64,000 bases of DNA from Octopus sinensis (taxonomy: Eukaryota). Both the position numbers and the translations under genes were made by a program. The stretch covers positions 21,390,001 through 21,454,000 of the forward strand of contig NC_043020.1 in NCBI RefSeq assembly GCF_006345805.1, written 5' to 3'. A model generated the notes under the pieces. It ran no database searches, had not been told where the DNA came from, and was given only the letters and a program-made list of their open reading frames with translations. Of this stretch, positions 1-12,172 are shown piece by piece. Within the stretch, counting starts at the first letter, position 1. Every line of letters begins with the position of its first letter.

Positions 1-555
1 TGCTATGGGAAAAACACAAATAAAGGAGTGGTGCAACTGGTTCAAAGATGGCTGCACCTCAGTGGACAGTGAGCTACACTGTGACCAGACAATTAACAAA
101 GAATACTACCTGGGGGTTCTTCATCACCTTCATGAAGCTGTGTGGCAAAAACTACCCAACCTGTGGGCAGCAAAGAACTGGCAACTCCACCATGACAATG
201 CACCCACTCATTCTACCCACATCATCCAAGCATTCCTCGTCAAACAAAACACACCACTTGTTCGTCAGGCTTCTTACTCTCTAGACGTTGCTCTGTGTGA
301 CTTTTGACTATTCCCAAAGCTCAAAAAATACACTCAATGAGAGAAGATTTGAGTCAATAGAGGACATTAAGCAAAATTCATCAGCACAGTATTACAGCAT
401 CCCAAAAAGTGATTTCCAGAAATGTTTCCAACAGTGACAGGAATGTGTAGACTCCCAAGGCACATACTTTGAAAGAGACTAAATCAAAATGGTGAGTTTT
501 TTAATATTACTTGTTTTTTGGCCAAAGGTTGGATACCTTTTGACTACACCTCATA
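1..555 (+). mobile_element. Tc1/mariner transposon remnant (internally deleted, decayed transposase, right TIR)
   Basis: ORF 5-307 has WQLHHDNAPTH and SYSLDVALCDF (mariner YSPDLAPCDF-like). Downstream frames give FQKCFQQ and YFE. Ends in TIR-like GGATACCTTTTGACTACACCTCATA. Confidence 0.85.
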
Positions 556-699
556 TATATACACACACACATACACACAATATACAAGAGTCAACTCCTT
601 CAACTAAACCCTTCAAGGCAATGCCCCAGCATGGTCACAGTACAATGACTGAAACAAGCAAAAGATGTGTATATATATATATATAATAGTGGAAACCTA

Positions 700-1800
700 C
701 TAAATAGTAAACTAGACCTCGTTTTTCCTGTATACATAATGCTACCCACATGTTTAAATACTTTAAGGACATGAAACAACCTCTATAACAGCCCCCAACC
801 TAGGTCCAATCCAATTTACTCCCTCTTCTGCGGACCCTTTAGCCTATCAATCTCCCCATTCATATCTGAGTCCTTCTAGTCTTGTTTTCCCATTACCAAC
901 CATTCTTACTATACTTTCATGGTATGATATATTGAAAGAACTTACACTATCTATAGTGCACCAAGTTTTATGCAAAAGTAAGGATGATGAAACCTAACCT
1001 CTAGTAGCAGCCTGTACACCCTAGACAGTTCATTTCCATTTCTATTACCTATGTATTGCTTACACCAACATATGGTTTTTTGAGCAGGATTTGCTATATA
1101 GTAGATAGAACACACTATCCAAACCCTTATCCGTGACTACTGTCTTGAGTTGCTTCATCTGATTTCACACTAAGGTGATTATACCATCCATTTTGATATC
1201 ATTGCTACCCGTTTAACATTCCATAGTTATTCAGTAGACTACTCCCTTACTGCTGGTTTTCCCTGATATCTGATTGGCTATTTCCTCTAACTCCATACTA
1301 GGCATAGTTCATTATGTAACCCCATCGTTCATTAAACTTCTTATTAATAGATAACACTCTACTATAACCATTTCCATAAAAGTTTGATTTTTTGATGGTC
1401 ATGTACCCCACTCCACTTTCAATCAATATCCACTGAATACCCCTAAATTTCTGTATTTTCTCTGGTCTTTTACCATAAGCTAGAGATTCCGACACCCCAA
1501 CTCTATACCTGGTTGGCTTGCATTCTTTTACTTTTATTTTATTTTTCCTTTCATCCATACATCTATTTATCATTTCTTCTTCACTTATCCTTAATTGTTT
1601 TATGACCTTCCCTTACCACTATGCTAAGCCTTAATAAATTATCTCCTACACTCCACTCTAGTCTACCTATGATCAAGCCTAGCAGACTCCTCACCTGAAT
1701 CCCTGACCTTGGATATTATATTACACCCTTTCAAGAACTACATTCTTAACCTAAACAGCCAACATAGTTACTCATTCTCCCATTTCATAGTTGGCCTCAA
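700..1800 (-). mobile_element. Highly decayed LTR-retrotransposon gag/protease-like remnant (tentative)
   Basis: Purine-rich, coding-like minus strand with fragments resembling a Gypsy protease (TGC motif near 1010; HPYFCIKLGAL). No intact frame. Confidence 0.3.
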
Positions 1801-2344
1801 CAGTCTTTAGCCTCAACCTGGCTGTATTCTTGAGACAGTCCTTTGTTTTGTAAAAATTACTTCTCATCTTATGATTACAGTCTTTTATAATGATGTAATG
1901 TTCTCATTCTTCTATTAAAAAATTACATAAGAAACAGTTATAATGACTAGACTGTGGCCATGCTGGGGCATGGCCTTCAAGGGTTTAGCTGAAGAAGTTG
2001 ACTCCAGTACTTCTTTTAAAGTCTGGTACTTATTCTATTAGTGTCTTTTAGTTGAACTGTTATAAACACACCAACACCAGTTGTCGCACACACGTGCGTG
2101 TGTGTATGTGTGTGTGTACACATGCACACATTTATGTTTTCTTGTCTTGGCATAGAACTGAAAATGTGTATCACCATCACACAAGCAGTGCCATTCATCT
2201 CTGATATGCCACAAAAAAATGTGCCTGGTCATGGGGAAATATTACTTTGCTTGGAAATAGGTATGGGTCAGCAAAAAGAAAGGTATCTGGCCATAGATGC
2301 TGCCTCACTAAATTCCATTTGACTCATACAAATATGATAATGTT

Positions 2345-2990
2345 GATGACAGGTGAGAAATGGTTCTAAGTTCTAACTGCAAATAGTCAGCAACTACAAG
2401 AACACTACCATCAAAGTATATAAAAGCATTTCTCATAGTAACAGCAAATGTAGATTGATCACAATTGGAACCACAGATGGATTTCATATTATTTAGATTT
2501 AGGAACAATGATGGGAGTTTCTCCTATTACATTTGGTTAATCAATTTGATAATCTTGGGAATATTCTAGAGATTTGAATCAACTGTACTAATTAGTCCAG
2601 TTGGTAAATAATATTTGATACATCTTCATTTTGGCTAAATGTAGTTTAACATTTAATAATGGAAATATGACTTTTGAGAGAGAGTTTGTAACTTGGTGCC
2701 ATTCTAAGACAACACTTGGCAAACCATGATACATTTTGAGCTTCTCAAGAAAAGAGATTTAAAACTGCAGGCCTTCTTTCAGTTCTCATTGTTTTGTCCA
2801 GAATATTTGGAACAGCCACACTTTGGTTGCCATATACAGGGGAAAAAAGCATAGTACAAGATACAGGACCTTTAAGATATCATTGGATGATAAACTGAAT
2901 GGATGACTAGGCAGACTGTAAGCTTCTTCAAGAGTGCTGATTTTGGCTTGTGCTATATTCTCTCTCTTCAATGCTGAACCCAGCAGCATC
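2345..2990 (-). pseudogene. POLQ: Processed pseudogene fragment of the DNA polymerase theta polymerase domain (family A)
   Basis: Frameshifted minus-strand translation gives, in order: GFSIEE, IAQAKISTLEEAYSLPSHPFSLSSNDILKVLYL, LEKLKMYHGLPSVVLEWHQVTNSLSKVIFPL, PTGLISTVDSNL*NIPK, PNVIGETP, MRNAFIYFDGSVLVVADYLQLELRTISHLS. This is colinear with remembered human POLQ (LHPLPGLILEWRRITNAITKVVFPL; MRHAFVPFPGGSILAADYSQLELRILAHLS). It has stops and frameshifts, and no introns. Confidence 0.85.
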
Positions 2991-3639
2991 TTTAATTTTC
3001 TTGTGAATTCTTTTTTCATTTCCCACTGGGTAGTGGTCGAATGAATGAATTATGACTTATGACCCCTGAATAGACACAGCATGCAGGAAAACATTTGCTT
3101 CTGGCTCTACAAGAGAACATTTCTATAAATAGAATTGGTCAGCAGCAGTTAAAAAATGAAATGAAATTATAGGACCACTAAAGAAAGCAAATATATTTTT
3201 GCATGCTTTGGGGAATTCAAAAAAATAAACAACTTGCCTGCTGTTTTCTAGGGAGTGAAAAGAGAAGAAAATGTAGGTCAAAACATAGAGAATAAAGCAA
3301 TTCTTTTTCCTGCCTATTCAGGAGTCAAAAGTCACAACACTACCTTGTGGAATTTAATCATGTGACCACTACTCAGAATTCATTAGCAGTGCAAAGGACT
3401 AGCAGAGAATTTGATTTTCTGGGGTTAAAAGGTAACATTTTTATCCATTATTCCAATGCTTTAAAAATTATTTGTGAATATTTAAAATTATTTTTAAGAA
3501 ATTTACATAAACAAGTAAACAAGCCTAATTTTGTTGTTAGATTCATAGCTAGATTTCTGCTGATTCATCAAAAACAAAATTAAAACTCAGTAACATTTTC
3601 CAAGTTTTCATGTACCCACTAAATGGCATAAGAGTCAAT

Positions 3640-5585
3640 TAACTCAGTTTCCTCTCTACTTTCACAACCTTTTGCAACAAGAAGCTTTGAAGAGAAAAAG
3701 GAGATTGTTATTCTTGGAAGAGAGAAACCAAAGCTTCAATTGAAACTCAAAGCTAAAGGGGGTTGCAAGGAATGTCATCATTATTTTAATTCAAAGTATT
3801 ATGAACAGTATGAGTGGATGACAGGATGTCCCATTCTAAACAAATTGTTTTGTTTCCCATGTCAGTGATTCAGGTGAGGAGTCGACATAAGAACACATGG
3901 ACAGCTACTGGCTACTGTGATTTGAACAACTTGATTACAGCTTTGTCAAGACAACAAAGAATCTCGTAACTATTTGAATTCCGTTATTGCTCTGAAAAGC
4001 TTTGGTCAACATAAAAAATTGATCACTGGAAAGCTGCTTTGATTCAGTTGCATAATAGAACAGTCAAAAAAAAATTGTAATATATCAAACAGGCTAATTC
4101 ACTGTATCAACATTTTGGCTTGTCAAGAATTACCATTTCAAGGACACGATAAAACAAAAGAATCACATAATAAGGGAAATTTTCTAACTCTTTGTGAAGC
4201 AGTAGCAGAATATGATGATGATCGTATTTAGATTTCATGAAGAAAAATGCCAACTGCATGTTTTCTGGACTTCCAAGTGATATTCATAATGCAATTATTA
4301 ATTCTATAGCTGCTACAATTGAAGGTGAAATTAGGTCAGTGATCGAAAAAATATCCAGTCTGATGAGACTAAGGATCTGTGAATGAAGTCTCAATTGTTG
4401 CATGTTTTATGATTTGTTGATGAGAAGGAAAAGCCTCAAGAAAGGTTTTTGGGTTATGTTGATGTCAGTAAAGACAGAAAGACTGCATCACTGACTGAAG
4501 AAGTTCAAAAATTTAATAAATTCAAATGTAGTCAAAAATTCATTGCACAAACTTATGCTGGAGAAGGAATTACAACTTTTTTCTCAAAGTCAACGGCTCA
4601 TATAGCACTAATGGATGAAATCGTTGGAAGGTGATTTCCGAAGCTATCTGACACACAATGGAATTATTCATCTAGGCAAGTATCCATCTTGTCTGATAAA
4701 ATTACTTCGTTTTCTGAGTTATTTTCAACCATATTAGAAAATCCAGAGAAATGGAATGCTTCAGAATTAACACAAGCAAGGGGGATCTTCATTTAAAATT
4801 GTTATTAGTAGTTTTTGAAACCATATTGAGTGGTTCAGAGATTCTATATTCAATACTTCAATAGAAGTTTGCTTGATATTTCAAGATGTATTTGTAAAGT
4901 TGAGAACTACAAAAAAAAAATTGATTCATATCAAGGACAACAAGTTTGAGGAATTTTACTCCAAGGTTTTAAACGGTGTTACTAAACCACCAGATAAGCG
5001 AAGTCAACATGAAGAACCAGATGCTTTAAGAACTTTGATTCACAACATTTTAGATGAAATTATTGTTCATATTGCGCAAAGATTTAAAACGATGGAAGAG
5101 TTCAAATTTGTTGAATTGTTGAATCCGAAGCTTTTTCACACTTACGAAACACAATTTCTGATGGAAACATTTTCATTTCTGAATGTCTACAAAAATATGT
5201 TGGAATTGGATGAACTGAAATGCAAGCTCAAATAAGTTTATGCTGCAGATTTTGCAAAGCAAGCATCAAGCATCCAAGGAGTAGGTATAATATGGGAACT
5301 TGAACTAAACCAAGCTCTGGTAGAAGTAACAAAATTACTACATCTGATTCTGACTATACCTGCCACAACTGCATCCTGTGAGAGATCATTTTCTTCTTTA
5401 AAGTGAGTAAATAATTATGAGATGTTCTCAAAGTGAAAAGAGAATGAATAATTGGGTCTTCATTTCCATGAATAAAGACCTTTTTGAAGAAGATGAAGGC
5501 AGAGCATGGTGGTGATGAATTTTATAGCAAACTGACTGATGAATTTGCCAAAAAGCAACGAATTGAACTGTTTTACAAATAGCAG
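3640..5585 (+). mobile_element. Decayed hAT transposase (ZMYM1/DUF4371-type with C-terminal dimerisation domain)
   Basis: Fragments GHDKTKESHNKGNFL, SDET, PQERFLGYVDVS and LILTIPATTASCERSFSSLK, with many stops and frameshifts. Confidence 0.85.
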
Positions 5586-6117
5586 TGTGGTAAGTAGACT
5601 GCTTACAAACTACAAGGTCATGAGTTCAGTCCCAAAAATGTCCTTCTTCCTTGCTGGTTGCATAGAAATGTGTTTCTTTGCTCCCTTTTTTAAGGGAGTA
5701 TTTATGGTAGTATTTATAAGCATAATCGCAAGTGCCAATTACAGTCATATGCAAATCACTTAGTATGTTGTAGAAAAGAGATGCAAGAATAAATTATGTG
5801 AAGCTGAAGGCAAACCCACATATCTCACTGAGGCCATAATACAACAGAAACTATAAAGAAGCTCGTCGTATATTACAGGAATTTTTTGATTAGTGCAGTT
5901 AATTATTCCTGTGAAACACCACATATACCAAAACCACACTAATCAAGCCTAAGAACCAATGTAATAATTATAATGAACCCTGGAAAATACCAAAATTATA
6001 AACATTTTCTTTCACTTAAAGCACATCTTTATTTTATTTACTTATATTTACTTTAAATTGAAGAATATATTTTAAAAAATATAGTAAGATTTGAATTTTA
6101 TTTTTTTAGTAAAAACC

Positions 6118-6330
6118 TCATCTAACTCCAATTAAACACTGAACTTTTTCCCTTTCCATCATGGTTTTGCAATAATCAATTTGCTTATCTAGTCCTCTAC
6201 GAACATTCATGCATCTCTTTTCATTTGAATCAATCTCTAGAACGAGTTCTTCTGCTTTTTCAATTGTTTGTAACAATTCTTTAAGCTTTTTGACTGAAAT
6301 ATCTTTGGGTGTGGTTTCCATTTCTTCTGC
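6118..6330 (-). mobile_element. Tigger/pogo transposase C-terminal fragment
   Basis: KKLKELLQTIEKAEELVLEIDSNEKRCMNVRRGL resembles the TIGD1/Tigger C-terminus (DPN.ER...V). Confidence 0.5.
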
Positions 6331-6488
6331 TTCCTTTCAGGACTGCTTTGAACAGTGGAAAACATGTCTGGACCAATGCATTGCTACAAATGGAGAATAC
6401 TTTGAAGGTAATGAAAGTGTAAACATGTAAAACTAAGTGAATAAAATGATATTACAAAATTATTGTTTCTTTTGGGTACTCCCACATA
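6330..6488 (+). mobile_element. Mariner transposase C-terminal fragment and 3' end
   Basis: FQDCFEQWKTCLDQCIATNGEYFEGN is the typical mariner C-terminus. Confidence 0.75.
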
Positions 6489-6705
6489 CATTTCAATCAC
6501 AAGGTCCAAGGTTGGGTAGTTTGTACCTGTAATTCAAAGGTTCAGTTCAGTCATATTGTGCCAAGCTAATTCTACCTAAGAATTATGTTATGAGTTACTC
6601 TATGAGCTGGTCATTCAGTTGATCAAACAACTGATCATTGTTGAAATCATTTAATATATCATTTAATGTGTGTGTGTGTGTGTGTGTGTGAGCGCACACG
6701 TATAT

Positions 6706-6743
<38 letters not shown>

Positions 6744-6779
6744 GATTATCTGCTAATAATAAAATTTTTGAATCACATG

Positions 6780-8350
6780 CAACTTATTGTAATGCTGCTC
6801 CAGGTAGGGCTGGGTACTGTGAAAATATTCAATATATACAAGAAGCAGGTGTACACAACACTAGTAATTCCTCCAATTGTAATACACATTGTACACCAAC
6901 AGAACACTACGGTTTGAGAACTCACTCAGACAGAGAATATAGGCCAGGAAGAATTGGTCATGTCAATAAACTACCAACGAAAACTCCTAGGCACATGTGA
7001 CATAATAATCCAACTGCTTGTTCCAATCCTGTACAACACACTTGATCAAATAAGCCTAACAACAGATATAGGAATCAGGATATCCTCTTGTTCAACCCAA
7101 TTTTCGGTTCAAATGTTTTAACCAAGATTGCTGGAAAATTTTTTGCTGCTTTGAACAAATGTTCTCCTAAATCTAAATGGTATCATGCTATTTTTAATCG
7201 GCACACCATGAAGGTATCCTATGCCAACTCTGCTAATTTAGAGCAGCTAATGCATTGCATAAACAATAGTAAAATGCAGTAAATGTTCAATAACCCACCT
7301 ACTGGATCTAGCGAACATACGCATCTAAATACTAACCAAGGAGATGTAAACTGCAATGATAAACACCTATTACGACACATTGTAGTAGTAGAAATACTTA
7401 TAATACAGCTAACATGGTAACAACATCAGTAAATGAAGTCAGGACTGCCTTATATACAAATAATATGATAAATGCTCATGCAGAGAAAAATCAAAATGGC
7501 CTTTGATGAATCTCTGTACGAGTACAAATTTTGTATATAAATGTACTGTGCACACAAGGGGAGGACTGTATGTTTACATTGGGCAGACGGTTGATTCATT
7601 TAAGAATCATTATCATAACCATGTCGCCAGCTTTAAGACAATCAATAAGAGACATTTAACATCTTTGGCTGATTTTGTACGGCAACTGAAGGAAGATAAA
7701 ATGAAGTACAGCATAACATGGTTCATAGTAAGGCATGTGAAACCATGCAATATAATTTCCAGGAGATGCTATCTCTGCTCTGAGGAATCCCTGTCTTCTA
7801 TGAGAAGATCATTAATAGAATTTCTGAAAGACTCTCGTGATGCCTACACAGATATAAATGTACATTTGCACAATGCAGTGGGAATGAATTTTCAGTAACT
7901 GTTAACATAATTTAATTTAAGGTATGGATGACTTAAGTTTCTTTTTAACCTCTCCATTCTAACAAACACCAAGTGGATAGTTAACTCGCTTTTTGATCAT
8001 GAGTGCACCAAACCTCATGCATGCATATGCTCATATTTTCGCAGATGCTTGTATGAGTGAGTGTACTCATGCCATGCAGCTTGCCCAAGGGAACTTATAC
8101 ATCCATATTTGCTAACAGTTATTTTTAATACTTTTCTTGCTGTATTGCGTGTTCAATTCTCTTTTTTCCTATCTGTGATTGTATTTTTGATCTTCTATAT
8201 AAATGAAGTTGTTTTAATGAGTTGTATCTATTTATCACCCAACAAGATGCATCTGCACCACCAGATGCTCCTGAACTAGTTGTTGAGTGTCCCACCCATG
8301 AGGGATCAATACTAAATGTGTCGTAGCAATTGTCGTGATTAATAAATTCT
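6780..8350 (+). mobile_element. Penelope-like element (PLE), 3' part with GIY-YIG endonuclease
   Basis: FNPIFGSNVLTKIAGKF and IFNRHTMKVSY (PLE RT-EN linker), then NFVYKCTV...VYIGQT...FKNHYHNH...CYLCSEE (GIY-YIG domain). A degenerate hammerhead-like tail lies near 8260-8330. Confidence 0.85.
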
Positions 8351-8810
8351 CATATCTTCCATCCTTCATTTGCCATATACATAATGATCACTGTGAAAGT
8401 GACCATACTTTACTAGTAAGCTAGCAGGTGTAAACCATTCATTTTATTATCCAATATACAGACAGAAAGACAACCTTCTTTCTCAAGAGATTTGCTGGAG
8501 AATGGACTAGATAAACAAAATAAACTATACAACATAAACATTCCATTACCCTTTTTTTCTTTTTAATTGTTTCAGTTGTTAGAATGTGGCCATGCTGGTG
8601 AACTACCTTAAAGAATTTTTAGTTAGATGAATTGACCCTATTATGTATTTTTCTTTCTTTTTTTTTTTTTGAGCCTGGTACTTAATCCACCAGTCTCTTT
8701 TGCCAAAGTGCTAAGTTATGGGGATGTAGGCACACAAACACCAGTTGTTAAGCACTGGTGGGAGATATACACACACACGTGTGTATGTGTGTGTGTATAT
8801 ATATATAAAA

Positions 8811-10897
8811 TCTCTATATATAAAACTGAAATGCGTTTGGACCGCTTGGATCGCTTTCAAGGCCACTACATCCCGTTGGATTGACTCCAAAATTTACAGG
8901 GACATGTAAAATGAGATGACGATGCCCGTGGGCTACGTTAGAAATCCCTATCTTAAAAGGTGTCATTGCTACGACCAAAAACCCACTTTGACAAGTCCAC
9001 TCCCATTCTTTAATGTATCTTTCTTCCTCACTTACTCATGCTATTTCCTCCCTTCCCAGCACTTTTTCACTCACTCTATTTCCTACCTTCCTATCACTTT
9101 CACTTCATCAAACGACGTTATCTCGTTGTCTGCATTCATAGAGAGAATTATCATCGCCAACACCAACACACAATCATGAGAACAAATATTATTAATCAGA
9201 TATTTATTGCGTTCATTTATATGTGTGTGTGTGTGTGTGTGTTCGATATATAAATATGTATGTATAATGTATATATACAAAGTGTATATATCTGTATTTA
9301 TGTATATTAAGCTTTTTAATAATTTTTGATAGTTATATATATTTTTAAACAAATTATAAATATAATTTAATAATTTTTATTTTAAATTTTTTAATTTTAT
9401 ATTTTATATATTTTCTATATATTTTTATTTTTATGTTTTTGTTTTGGGTTTTTCACTGTTTGATTTGCCTATTAGTGGTTTTATCTCTAATTTAATTTAT
9501 ACATATATATATATATAATTTGTATACATTTGTATATATAATGCGTGCACACACACACACACATATTTTTTTCCCTCAAATGAAAGGCGTGACCTCTAGG
9601 ACAAAATTCCTCATCTTATAAAATGTGGCCCCAGTACACCCGAATGAAATTGGGTTATATTAACCAAAATGTGAAAAGGGGTCTAAATGGGGCTGGAAGG
9701 GGATTAAAATTTAAAGGAGCGGGTGTTTACGAATTCTCTGTTACATCAAGCTAAAAAATTTGTGCCAGCCTTTTAATCGTCAATGTGTTGCCGTCCATGA
9801 TGAAGAAGTTTTGAATGCTTGTCATGGTGAGTCTACTGTCATGAGAAAGAATCACTTCAAAAATTGGTGTTTACCAATTTTCTTTTACATCAAGTTCAAA
9901 ATTTTACACCAGCCGTTAAACTGTCAAAACGTTGCTGTCTGTCGTTAAGAAATGCCAGCCATGGTGACTCTACTATCCTCAGATTCTATCCCTTCAAACT
10001 TTGGTTTCCAATATTTTATTATTTTTATTCAGCTCGCAAGTTCGTCTGTCCCTTTTAAATGTTAGTGTTTTGCTATCTGCCTTGAAGCAGACCTTTCCGT
10101 TGCCACTGCCTGATATTTATGATCGATCTTTCTAAATATTTTATTTCTCCACTTACTCAAGATCTTTTGTTGTTTATAAATGGGAGAGAGATAGATAAAG
10201 ATAGAGAGTAAGAGAAAGCAAGGGAGAGTCCGAGAGAAAAGAAAAGTAAGAGAGTGGGAAAGTGAGAGAGAAAGGAGAGAGAAACAAAGAGGGAGAATCA
10301 TCATCATCATCGTTTAACGTCCGTTTTCCGTGCTAGCATGGGTTGGACAGTTTGACCGGGGTCTGGGAAGCCAGGAGGCTGCACCAGGCTCCAGTCTGAT
10401 CTGGCAGTGTTTCTACAGGTGGATGACCTTCCTAACGCCAACCACTCTGTGAGTGTAGTGGGTGCTTTTTTCATGCCGCCGGCACAGGTGCCAGGGGGGC
10501 TCGCAGCGGCAACGATCAGAAGCCAGTCAAGATGGCGCTGCAATCCGCCATGTTCGGATGGTGCTTTTTACGTGCTGAAAGGAAGCAACAGAAAGTAACA
10601 ACCACACTCTTACCCGCGCGTAGAGAAAGGAGAGCGGCGGCAATGGCAAGCCCAGGCTGCGTGCGGAGCTACCGACGACGACTTCGGCGCCGCCGCGCTA
10701 CCGGAAAAGCACTAATTGACACGCTAGTTAGCAGGCTGGAGTCTTGTTCGTTATTGGAATCAACCAGACGGATCACTCCACCAACTAAGAACAGCCATGC
10801 ACCACCACCCACCGAATTGAGAAAGAGCTATTGATCTGTCAATCCTACTGGTATCCGGACCGGATGAGTTTTCCCGTGTTGTGTCAAATTCAGCTAG
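8811..10897 (+). mobile_element. Possible non-autonomous Helitron-like element with captured fragments
   Basis: Begins TCTCTATATATAAAA after an A and ends CAGCTAG before a T. The interior is a mosaic including an RTE 3' end. Boundaries are inferred. Confidence 0.35.
10298..10575 (-). mobile_element. RTE LINE 3' end with (GAT)n tail
   Basis: CATCATCATCGTTTAACGTCCG...GCTAGCATGGGTTGGAC is the reverse complement of the RTE 3' end at 60400-60549. Confidence 0.75.
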
Positions 10898-11046
10898 TAT
10901 ATATATATATATATATATATATGCAAAATTTGAAGGACTGAGCACTAAAAATCGCTATTTTCCACGGAGAATGTGTTCTCAAGAAAAAACCAAAGTGTAA
11001 AAAATAAGCAAGACAAATGAAAATATACGAAATCAAAAACGATTAC

Positions 11047-11121
11047 CTATGTACCGATCAGTTTCACTTGTTAATATTCACGTATATGCATACGTGAAAA
11101 TCTGCAATATCATCAGCATAG
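11047..11121 (-). ncRNA. Minimal type I hammerhead ribozyme motif
   Basis: The minus strand reads CTATG-CTGATGA-[long stem II containing TTCACGTAT/ATACGTGAA]-GAAA-CTGATCGG-TA-CATAG. Stem I is CTATG/CATAG and stem III is near-palindromic. The base of stem II is imperfect. Confidence 0.7.
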
Positions 11122-11436
11122 TCTGTCGTTTACAAACATAATTTCCAGGACTAGATACAAAAAACGCTTGACCGGAGTCCCGCATACATAGAGTTCAACA
11201 AATTATATTTATGTGTATCTTTCAAATGCCTTCACTTTAGCGTGCTGAGATCGGAAATCTACCCTGCAGTTAATAAATTACAGCAGTCAATTTACCGGTT
11301 TGAGAACATTTTTTTTATTATTTAAAATTGAACAAGGGTAGAAATTGATATTAAAGTGGCCTAGCATACTAAAAAAATCCGAAGATTAAAATATTTTTTA
11401 CATACAAAAATTTAAAGGACTGACCACTATATATAT

Positions 11437-11481
<45 letters not shown>

Positions 11482-11484
11482 TCA

Positions 11485-11650
11485 AGTTTTCTTTCAGTTT
11501 TCATTTACCAAATCTAATCACAAGGCTTTGGTTGGCTCAAGGCTTTGATCAACCCAAGATTATAGTAGAAGACACTTGCCCAAGGTGTCACACAGTGAGA
11601 CTGAACCCAAAACCATGTGGTTGGAAAGCAAGCCTCTTACCACACAGCCA
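11485..11650 (-). mobile_element. tRNA-derived SINE (family of 18205-18596), decayed
   Basis: Reverse complement of GGCTGTGTGGTAAG...GGTTCAGT...CACCTTGGGCAAGTGTCTTCTACTATA. Confidence 0.75.
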
Positions 11651-11668
11651 TATATAAAATAAACTATG

Positions 11669-11726
<58 letters not shown>

Positions 11727-12172
11727 ATACCATGGTAGTGACCAAGCTATCAGATGTTATACATCACTAGTTACAATGTGCTTCATATTGCGTTAGCTTT
11801 TGAAAGATGCCAGCTCACTGGCAAGGTGAGCAAGCCAACATTGCCTCTGATCAGAAGGCTAACAGGTTAACCCATTTACAGCTGAGTGACCTGAAATAGT
11901 GTGAAGTGAAAAGTTTTGCTCCAGAACACATCATCATCATCATTGTTCGACCGTGGTCGAGACAATGGAATTTACCATGCTACGCCAGACTTCATGGTCC
12001 ATCATGGCATTACGGTGGTCCTGTTGCTGGATGCCTGTATCCCTGGAGATTACATCAGGGTAGGAAAGTGTATGCCCCCTGGGTGTCCAGAACACAATAC
12101 ACTGCCTGACCTGAGAATTGAACCCACAATCTAGCAATTCCGAGTGCAATACCCTAACCTCTAGACCATGAA

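Noticed and set aside
10532-10834. GC-rich 100-aa ORF with an Arg tract
   Set aside because: It starts inside an RTE 3' UTR and has no recognisable domain or splice support.
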